Assembly (NCBI GenBank): GCA_965644315.1
Contig: CBFFRQ010000101.1
Span: forward strand, 1-20,196
Length of the DNA stretch: 20,196 bases
Direction of reading: 5' to 3'
Source: Caecitellus pseudoparvulus
Lineage: Eukaryota > Protista > Bigyra: Bicosoecida
The translations under genes were made by a program, and so were the position numbers. The notes below the pieces were generated by a model, which was not told the DNA's origin, searched no databases, and saw only the letters and a program-made list of their open reading frames with translations. Positions 1-8,002 of this stretch are shown here, piece by piece; the first letter of the stretch is position 1, and the number at the start of each line of letters is the position of its first letter.

Positions 1-110
1 CCTGAACACAATTCCTCGGCAACATGTCGCGCTGCACCTGCACCCACAAGGCGCCTTTGATTGAGCAGGTTGAGCGTGTGGTCCCACAGCCCGAAAGGAC
101 CTCCTTGCAT
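1..110 (-). CDS. Possible 5' end of a divergently transcribed gene (partial, runs off the left edge)
   Basis: ATG at 110 on the minus strand, open to the window edge: MQGGPFGLWDHTLNLLNQRRLVGAGAARHVAEELCS. It lies head-to-head with the ATG at 194. No motif recognised. Confidence 0.3.
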   Translation of the reverse strand, partial: MQGGPFGLWDHTLNLLNQRRLVGAGAARHVAEELCS

Positions 111-193
111 CGACCGTTGTGACGTAGAAACGTGCGCGAAACGCGGCCTGTTTTTTGGCGTTGTCAGCGACTTGCAGGTCGCTGGGGAGTAGC
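111..193. promoter_or_regulatory. Candidate short bidirectional promoter/5'UTR with a 20-bp near-palindrome
   Basis: Lies between ATG 110 (-) and ATG 194 (+). CAGCGACTTGCAGGTCGCTG at 165-184; E2F-like GCGCGAAA at 134-141. Confidence 0.25.
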
Positions 194-2527
194 ATGGACA
201 TTTACAACTTTGATGTCAGCGATGATGAAAGCCAGGATGGAGCGCCTCTCCACCAGCACCGTCCTGGTCCCCAGCACCACGGCAAAGGGAAAAAGACGCG
301 CGCAGAGCTGCTGGCCCAAGCCAGAAGCCTGCGGCGAGGCAAGCCCACTGCGCAGTGCGTCTCCTGCGCGGCACTGCCTGATCTCTCCCGCGTGTTGCAC
401 TCCCTGCATGGCTTGACATCCCTTTGCAGGGCACGGCAGCAACCCAGTGAGACGTTCTCTGACTCCAGCAGCCTGGACATGTCCGAAGAAGGCAGTGCTT
501 CCTTGACAAGCCCAGGGTTGCCAGCTGGGCGCCCTCCGCCAGGCCCATTCAGTTCCCAATCCTCCAAGGGACTAGGGGGAGTTGACACTTTCGCCTCTGT
601 GCACGGAGCAGGGTTGGGGACCGTTACAGAGGGCGACAGCGATACAGACGGAGATGACCTGAGCTTCGGCACAAGCGCCAGCTTGTCCCAAAGCCTGCCC
701 CAGGGCGCGGGCGCTTCGCAGCCCACAGGGGGAGCTGTCCAGTACAAGTACCACACTGCTCAGGGACGCGTCGCATCTTCCAGCGGGCAGCCTGCCCTGG
801 GCGCTTTCGGTGCTCCCTCCACGCCCGACAGCGGGGGCAGCGGGGACAGCGCCCTGGACATCGTGGAGGAGTCTGTGCACGAGGTCTCCTCAGAGCCCAG
901 CTCTTCGCCTTCAAAGCCGAGCCTTGCACTTGCCCCATCACAGCCCGTTCCCAGGCAAGCCGAGTTCCGGGAGGGCGACGCTGTGCAAGCCATGTGGGGA
1001 GGCACTTCGGGCGGCGGGGAGTGGTATGATGGCGTCGTGGCAGGCGTCCACCAAGACGGAACGTACCGCATCCATTACAACGATGGGGATGTAGAGGAAG
1101 CGGTCGAGGGGCAGTTTATGCGCGCTGCTGCTGCGCCGCCTGCTGCGACGACTGCCCCAGGTCACGCTTCAGACGCACTTGCTCACCAGCCTGCCATGTC
1201 CGCGGCAGCCAGGCCCGCCAGCCCTGTGGCCTCTGTTGTAACCAGTGTCTTGGAGTCTGAACAAGGCGATGGCTTTGCCGAGACTGGCCATGCTGAGTAC
1301 AGCGCTGATGACTTTGAAGCGACAGGCGATGATGATGGGTGGGGAATGGGGGGGGAGCCTAGCAGCGACGCTGGGCAGCGTGTGCGCGGCTTTGAGCCGG
1401 CGGCAACACAAGATACAGACGCGGGGTACAGCATGACCTTTGAAGATGCAGATGCCAGTGTGTCTCTCAGCGCCGCTATGCGGCCCGCAGCGGCACCGAA
1501 GCAGCACGATGGCGATGGGGTCCCGCAGGAGCGGCCCCCCGTCCGCACTGCACCCGCTGCTGACGCGGCATCAGCGCAGCCTGTATACCCTGGCTCAGTG
1601 CAAGGGAGTCGCAGAGACTGGGCACCGGCAGAGGCCGCTGCCGCTCCTCCCTTGCCCGAGCAACAGGCTGACCCAAGGCCCCAGCAGGCGTTCAGTGCTC
1701 CTCAACATGGGAGTGGGCTGCAGGCCCCCATCGGTGCGAGCTCAGGCTGGGGCGGCGCAGCGCCGTATGTGCATGGAAACATGGGGCAGGCAGCAGCCCC
1801 CCCGCCACCTGCATCTGCCCCATCGTTCGGACCACACTGGGGCTACCCGCCACCATGGGCCACCACAGCGCCAGGCCCGGCACATCAAGGTGGCTATGCA
1901 GCCCCTCCCCACCCATGGTACTCGGGGCACACGGCGCCCCCGTGGCCTGGTCCTTACTCACACGCCTCGCCGCTCTTCCAGCCCCTCATGCAGGCGCCCC
2001 CCGCGTCAACGGCAGCGACAGCTGTGTACTTGCAGGCTTTGGCATCGGGGCTGGCGCCAGGAGCGGCAGGCAGCACTCCCCGTGCAGGGGTGACCTCTGC
2101 CCTGGATCGGTACTCAAGGTCCCTATCCTCTGCAGACAAGCTGTTCAAGCGGCAGCTGCAGTCCCTCCGCTCTCAGCTTGACACCATCAAGGCTCTTCGT
2201 GAGCGCACGAGAGTGCTGTCCGGGCCTTTCAGCGTCAGCAGCGAGGGTGGCAGCGACGGGATGGGACGGCCCCCCACTCCCACTCCCCCATCAGAGCACC
2301 GCTCCAGCGTGTCAACGGATGAACTGCCCAGGGCACCCATCCATGACTTTGCCCTGCCTCCGAGCATGCAGCACCTCGCAGCCCGAGGAGCCCCGTCAGG
2401 AGAGCTGCGCAGAGAGCCCCCACAGCGCTCAGCATTTGCTCTCACGTCAAGAGGTGCCGCTGCCGCGGCGGCAGCCGATTATCGCCAGCGCCACCGTGTT
2501 CCCCAGCTGTCCTCTTCGACAGCCTGA
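194..2527 (+). CDS. Tudor-like domain protein, largely low-complexity/disordered (Ser/Pro/Ala/acidic), with a C-terminal coiled-coil-like segment; probable join(194..354,430..2527), ~752 aa
   Basis: First ATG at 194 (MDIYNFDVSDDES). Tudor/Agenet-like segment at ~965-1123: FREGDAVQAMWGG...EWYDGVVAGVHQDGTYRIHYNDGDVEEAV. Probable in-frame intron 355..429 (ca|GTGCGT...cctttgcAG). Confidence 0.75.
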   Translation: MDIYNFDVSDDESQDGAPLHQHRPGPQHHGKGKKTRAELLAQARSLRRGKPTAQCVSCAALPDLSRVLHSLHGLTSLCRARQQPSETFSDSSSLDMSEEGSASLTSPGLPAGRPPPGPFSSQSSKGLGGVDTFASVHGAGLGTVTEGDSDTDGDDLSFGTSASLSQSLPQGAGASQPTGGAVQYKYHTAQGRVASSSGQPALGAFGAPSTPDSGGSGDSALDIVEESVHEVSSEPSSSPSKPSLALAPSQPVPRQAEFREGDAVQAMWGGTSGGGEWYDGVVAGVHQDGTYRIHYNDGDVEEAVEGQFMRAAAAPPAATTAPGHASDALAHQPAMSAAARPASPVASVVTSVLESEQGDGFAETGHAEYSADDFEATGDDDGWGMGGEPSSDAGQRVRGFEPAATQDTDAGYSMTFEDADASVSLSAAMRPAAAPKQHDGDGVPQERPPVRTAPAADAASAQPVYPGSVQGSRRDWAPAEAAAAPPLPEQQADPRPQQAFSAPQHGSGLQAPIGASSGWGGAAPYVHGNMGQAAAPPPPASAPSFGPHWGYPPPWATTAPGPAHQGGYAAPPHPWYSGHTAPPWPGPYSHASPLFQPLMQAPPASTAATAVYLQALASGLAPGAAGSTPRAGVTSALDRYSRSLSSADKLFKRQLQSLRSQLDTIKALRERTRVLSGPFSVSSEGGSDGMGRPPTPTPPSEHRSSVSTDELPRAPIHDFALPPSMQHLAARGAPSGELRREPPQRSAFALTSRGAAAAAAADYRQRHRVPQLSSSTA
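355..429 (+). other. Probable spliceosomal intron (75 nt, in frame, no stop codon)
   Basis: GTGCGT donor, ttgac branch-like motif, pyrimidine-rich cctttgcAG acceptor. The encoded peptide is compositionally unlike its flanks. Confidence 0.55.
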
Positions 2528-2831
2528 CGCCAGCCACGGCGAGAGGGCTGTCAATGCAGCCCCAACCACCCCACCCCTGGCACACTTTGCGCCACAGGCC
2601 ACAATAACCTTCCCGCACGCCTGCCCCAACGAAACAATATTTAGAGCCATTGCCCTCGTTTTGAAGGTCCCCCACATTCAGCGTGTCGTGGCGCCAGCTG
2701 ACGCCGTGTTACGTGGCGTTTCGGGGTTGGCCACGGAGAAAGTGAGGGGCATTCAGTGCTCAGCTGCGTGCTTCAACGGACTAGGCACCTGCGGCGGCTT
2801 TATCACACACTTTGAGTATCTTCATACAAGC

Positions 2832-5338
2832 ATGCTAGCTACAGTGCAGCGCGCGGAGCGCCTGCTGGGGCAGCGGGTACGTGGTGGTGGCTTCGCTGAT
2901 GGAGACGCCACGTTGGTGCTGAGCACGTGACACGTGCCCCCTTCCGTGCCCCCCAGGTACCGATGCATCGCATGAGCATGCTGCAATCCATGCGCTGGGC
3001 TGCTCCCTTGTCTGGCTCCTCACATGTAGGTGGGGGGCTGGCGGCGAGCGTCGGGCGCGTGCTGCGCCTGACACCAACTCAGCAAGCAGCAGTAGAGGAG
3101 GTGTTGTCCGGCATGCTTTTCGGGCGAGCTCTGCCTGGTGGAGTTGGCAAGAAGGCCCCAGGTCAGAAGGGGGAGCTCCCCGCTGACGCCACGAGCTCTG
3201 GAGGAGGGGGCAGGGGCACCGGGCAGGGGGGGCCAGATGTACCAGAGGGAGGCCCCGCGTGGCTGGCTGCCGTGACCCTTGGCCTGGTGGCAGCGTTGGT
3301 GGGCATGGGCTACCTCGGGCGCAACTCTCCGCGAGGAAAAGAAATCACTTGGCAAGAGTTCCGGAACAATTACTTGGCCAAGGGCCTCGTGGACCGCCTG
3401 GAAGTCGTAAACAAGGAGCATGTGCAGGTGTACTTGGCTGCGCCTGCCGCAGCAGCGGAGAACCAAGCAGCCATGCAGGCAGCAGGTGCTGGCGACAGTG
3501 GAGACGCCTACGCAAGTGGCGCTCCAGATGCGTACGGCACGGGGGGAGGCGGCGCAGGCCGGCCCCGTGCCGGCAGCGGGCCCGCAGCCGCTGCCTCCGG
3601 CCCCTCGGTGTTCTTCCGCATCGGCTCCGTGGACACCTTCGAGCGCCAGCTCGAGGAGGCGCAGCTTGACATGCGCATCCCCCCCAGCCGCTTCGCTGCG
3701 GTGAAGCACATCTCAGCGACAGAGGTTGGGGATGTCGTGAAGTCCCTCCTGCCCGTCGCCCTCCTGGTGGGCTTGCTCATGTTCATGTCCAGCCGGGTGG
3801 GAGGCTCCATGGGGGGCGGTGGGCCGGGCGGCATCAACCGCGTCTTCAGCATCGGCAAGGCCTCCCCCAAGGTGAGCAAGGACTTGAAGGTCAAGGTGTC
3901 CTTCAAGGATGTGGCAGGCGTCGACGAGGCCAAGGCGGAGGTGATGGAGTTTGTGGAGTTCTTGAAGGACCCCGCCAAGTTCACACGGGTGGGCGCCAAG
4001 ATACCTAAGGGTGCGCTGCTCGTAGGCCCCCCCGGCACGGGCAAGACGCTGCTGGCGAAGGCTGTCGCGGGGGAGGCGGACAAGCCCTTCTTCTCCATGT
4101 CTGGCTCTGACTTCATCGAGATGTTCGTTGGAGTGGGCCCATCACGGGTGAGGGACCTCTTCCAGCAGGCTCGCGACAGTGCCCCTTGCATCGTCTTCAT
4201 TGACGAGATTGATGCTGTGGCGCGGGCACGAGGCAAAGGCGGCATGGCTGGCGGCAATGATGAGAGGGAAAACACCCTGAACCAGCTGTTGGTGGAGATG
4301 GATGGTTTCTCCTCCACGGAAGGCGTGGTGGTGCTGGCCGGCACAAACCGTGTGGACATTCTTGACAAAGCCATCCTGCGGCCGGGTCGCTTTGACCGCC
4401 AAATCACAGTTGACAAGCCTGACATCGCCGGCCGCCGCGCAATCTTCAGGGTGCACTTGAACAACATCCCGCTGAAGGGCTCCGTGTCCTCGTACGCTCA
4501 GCGTCTGGCTGCCCTGACACCTGGCTTTGTGGGTGCCGACATTGCGAACATATGCAACGAGGCTGCCATCGTAGCGGCCAGGCGAGGCAAGGAGCAAGTC
4601 GACATGCTGGACTTTGATGCCGCTGTGGACCGCGTCATCGGCGGCCTGGAAAAGCGCAATGCCCTCATGACGCCCGAGGAGAAGAAGACGGTGGCATACC
4701 ACGAGGCAGGCCACGCCGTTGCCGGCTGGTTCCTGGAGCATGCGGACCCGCTGCTGAAGGTCACTATTGTGCCTCGTGGCTCTGGTGCGCTGGGCTTTGC
4801 CCAGTACTTGCCAAAGGAAGTGACTCTGTTCACGAAGGAGGCGCTTGTGGACCGCATTTGCATGGCGTTGGGCGGTCGAGCGGCAGAGGAAGTGTTCTTC
4901 GGCAAGATCACCACTGGCGCGTCAGATGACCTGGACCGCGTGACCCAGATGGCTTACGGTATGGTCACGGTGTATGGCATGTCTGATGCCGTGGGCCAGC
5001 TTGCCTTCCCCCCCAAGGAGGAGACGCAGTTCACGAAGCCGTACTCGGACGTTACTGCCTCCAAGATTGACACTGAGGTGCGGGGCATCGTGGACAGCTG
5101 CTATGCTCGCACAGTTGACCTGCTGAAAGAAAAGCGCGAGGTCATGAAGCAGCTTGCAGAGGTGCTGTTGGAGAAGGAAACCATCAACTCTCACGACTTG
5201 GTGCAAGTCTTGGGCCCTCGCCCCTTCCCCGTGAATGAGTCTCTGGCGCAGTACCTGGATACAAGCTGGGTGGCAGAGGAAGCTGCCAGAACTGATGCCG
5301 CAGCGGGGCCCAGTGGAGGTGCTGCTGAGGAAAGGTAG
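2832..5338 (+). CDS. AFG3: Mitochondrial inner-membrane m-AAA protease, AFG3/YTA10-YTA12/paraplegin (FtsH) family; join(2832..2876,2957..5338), ~808 aa
   Basis: Arg-rich presequence-like N-terminus (MLATVQRAERLLGQR|VPMHRMSMLQSMRW). Two TM segments flank the EITWQEFRNNYL...FRIGSVDTFERQLEEAQ domain. Walker A GPPGTGKT (4025-4048), Walker B IVFIDEID, SRH TNR...D.AILRPGRFDR, zinc motif HEAGH (4700-4714), TTGASDD. A phase-0 intron 2877..2956 (cgg|GTACGT...ccccAG) joins the frames. Confidence 0.95.
2877..2956 (+). other. Spliceosomal intron (80 nt) in the AFG3-like gene
   Basis: GTACGT...cccccAG; phase 0 on both sides; it links the ATG at 2832 to the main ORF. Confidence 0.75.
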
Positions 5339-6183
5339 GCAAAGTCTCTCGACCATCTCATGTGAGGGTGCGCCTCATTCCAGGCCAATGCTCGGGCGGT
5401 GCAGAGGGTCGAAAGTTGCCTGTGCGTGACGCACATTGAAAGGCACATTTCGAGATCGTTCGCTCCTTGTCACTCCGTCAAAGGTTGGTGGTGCCCGCTG
5501 CACAAAGGTAGGTAGCTGATGAGCCCCCACCATGTCCCCGGCTCCGAAGGCACAGCCCCCCTGCTGCCCCGCCGTTCGCGAGTGTGGGGGCCGGAAGGAT
5601 CGCATGCATACAAGGGGAGGAGTCTCATCTTCGCCTTGGCACCTGAGTGCCGGGCAAGCAGCACGCTTGTATGGCAGGTAGTTGCAGCCGCCAGTGCACG
5701 GGCAAAGACTCCCCCAGCCAAAATCCACCCGAGGTGCGCACGTCTCCCATGCACGCTTGCCACGAATCATCCGCGATTCTGCTGCCTAGGTTCTCCGCAG
5801 AGAGGAGGCGCTTCTTCAGGCTCCACGGTTGCCTGGTTCTGCGCCAGCAGGAGGGTTTTGTGTGCACCGCACAAAAGTGACAGGTTTCGCTGGCTCAGGC
5901 TGAAAGGAAGCACAGAGAATACACACGGAGGCGTGTCATGTCACTGAACCAAGGAGTGCAGCGCCCGGCTGCTGTTCGAAAGTCCAGGTGGGGCGCCCGC
6001 AAGCCAAATTCCGCAGCACCCCCGCCACAAGTTGAACAGCCTGCGAAGGTCCAGCCGAGCCTGGCCACGAAAGCTTTGAGTGCAGCGGTGCCAAGTAGCC
6101 ATTTGGGCGCTTGCGCGAGTGGATTGAGCAGGCTTCAAGCCCTGCAAGTGGAAGAGGCCGTAGCCGTGGTGAAAGCCACACCT

Positions 6184-7458
6184 CTAAGCCCGAGCCAGCC
6201 AAGCATTGAAAGACAGGCACAAGCTTGACAGCTGTGGAGAGCACCAAACCTTTTGGGCGACGGTGTCGATGGTGTCCTTGCTCAGCAACAGAATCTTGGC
6301 TGCCCCATCCAAGCTCAGCACGGCCTGCAGCATGGGCAGGTGCGGGTTTGGAGCTCCACCTTCGGCGCCACCGGCCTTCTCAGTGAACACGCTGCTAATG
6401 TGCTGAAGCAACACTTGGGTGAGGTGCTCACAGCTGTCTGTGAAGGCTACGTGGAAATCTGGCGAGTCCATGCAGTCCAGCAGGGCATCCAAGACAGCAG
6501 CGGCACCTTCCGGAGGCGCCTTGGCTTCCCGACCCGCCTGGCTCGCACTGCCCACACACTCCTGCCCCGTCGTGCCCTGTGACAACAAGGCTCCCAAGGC
6601 AGCATTTGGGGTGGCACTGCGCTGCCCCTCCAGGCTGTTCGCACTGCGCTGATTCTGTCCTGGAAACTCAAGACGCTTCCGGAGAGCCCGGAGCGCTGCC
6701 TCTACATCATGCGCTGTGAGCATAGGCCGCTCCCCTTCTTGCACGCTCCATGCTTCAGGCTGCTGCGTTTGCAACGAAGCCAATGTGCCGCCCGCCGCTT
6801 GCCGGGAGGCTCTCGCCAAAATTGGCAGCACAGTTGTCTCGAATCGACGCAGAATGCAGCTGTATAGGCAAGCCCGCCATTGGCTTTGGTCTGCAGGTTC
6901 TTGGGCTGCTATGGCACACTCAAGCAATGGCAGCAGGCACATGCCCATGCACGCAGCGTGCAAAGACACCACTACATGCCCGAGCGCTGCAAAGGAACGG
7001 GCAACCGGAGTAAAAGATGACCTCAAGACAGCTCAGCTCACAGGGCTCCCTGCGGACAAGGCTGTACTCACAATCAGCCTGGAGGGCCTGAAATGCCTGC
7101 TCACGCTGCTTGCCGGGGTGGCTGCTTTTGAGCTGCTTCAGGATGTCCTTCCGCAAAGAGTGTGCCTGCACAGCTGACGCCACAAACTCAAGAATCCGAG
7201 ACACCCCTGCTGAACTGCGGTTCCTCGAGTGCAGGACCGCCGCCGATGCCCTGCGGCGCCGAGAGTGGGTCGTGGTTGTGCCGAGTGCGGAAATTGACTG
7301 GAGCCGCACCTTGCCCCTTTCTCCTGCTGCACTTGAAGGCAGGAGTGAGCCGAGGAAAGGATTGCGCCAGCTGATTGATACAAACTCAGTGCAATGCCTC
7401 CGCCCAGCGCAATACAAGCTGCTGACGCTGCCGCAACTCCAAGGAGGTGTCCTGCCAT
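6184..7458 (-). CDS. PEX3: Peroxin-3 (peroxisomal membrane biogenesis factor), divergent; complement(join(6184..6986,7072..7250,7310..7458)), ~376 aa
   Basis: N-terminal hydrophobic anchor (LLGVAAASAACIALGGGIALSLY). Introns 7309..7251 (ag|GTGCGG...ccgcAG, phase 2) and 7071..6987 (t|GTGAGT...tttgcAG, phase 1) join three ORFs into one frame. The spliced KQREQAFQALQADSLGHVVVSLHAACM resembles the PEX3 KLEIWEDLKIISFTR...YSTCM segment; LLDCMDSPDFHVAF resembles the PEX3 D.LESPDF motif; LPMLQAV resembles LPLAKII. The length is typical of PEX3. Confidence 0.72.
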
Positions 7459-8002
7459 GCTGGTGTGGCGTGACAGCTCCTAAATGCTCTGTGACTGCCG
7501 CAATGCTCCCGGTGTAGACGGCACTGCAGGACAGCACTCAATCTCGTCGACCTTGCAATGGCAAGTGAATTCTAGTCGCTTCTGTAAAGTACCTTTTGGA
7601 TGAAGTGGTCTGCCATGCAGTCACCCTGCCGGGGGTACCAAAGAGGAGATCTCTGCACCGGACTGCGTGCGCAGTCGTTGCCTCAGCAAGCAGCCAGCAG
7701 AGAGGACGAGCAATACTCCTACTGTCTGCGCACCGTCTGAAGCGCAGAGGAAGGCCCTATGGTGGTGTTCTGTGCGGGAATTGCTGGCTCTGACCCCCTC
7801 TTGAACCCTGTCAGCCGCGAGTGCAGGCAGGCAACGCACGACTTCCAAGCACTCAACCCCATGGCTGCGTACCAGCAACATGTACAAAACTGACATGTCC
7901 AAGCTGCGGTCTCCCCGCGGAGAAGCTAGGTCAGACTGTTGGATCCTTTTGTCGGCTCCCCCGCACCATCTGAGAGCGTACGCCGCGTGCCTATCAGGCT
8001 TC

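Noticed and set aside
339-429. Alternative GC-AG intron (gag|GCAAGC) in the Tudor gene
   Set aside because: 91 nt would shift the frame; the GT donor at 355 preserves it.
2178-2831. 250-aa ORF 2178..2930 as a separate gene
   Set aside because: Overlaps the Tudor gene out of frame; only 2832..2876 is explained, as AFG3 exon 1.
3020-5356. Long minus-strand ORFs (e.g. 3508..4467, 319 aa) opposite AFG3
   Set aside because: Antisense shadows expected from GC-rich codon usage of a conserved gene; no motifs.
5335-5429. Possible extra AFG3 3' exon (ag|GTAGGC donor overlapping the stop codon)
   Set aside because: The protein is already complete; splicing would add only a few unconserved residues. 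Not testable without RNA data.
5789-5880. FSAERRRFFRLHGCLVLRQ resembling the start of a PhyH-type dioxygenase
   Set aside because: Stop at 5878-5880 and no downstream HxD...H motif; likely chance.
7459-8002. Possible small gene between PEX3 and PCIF1 (ORF 7621..8100, minus-strand ctg|GTACGC donor)
   Set aside because: No consistent exon chain or recognisable motif; treated as divergent promoter/UTR space.
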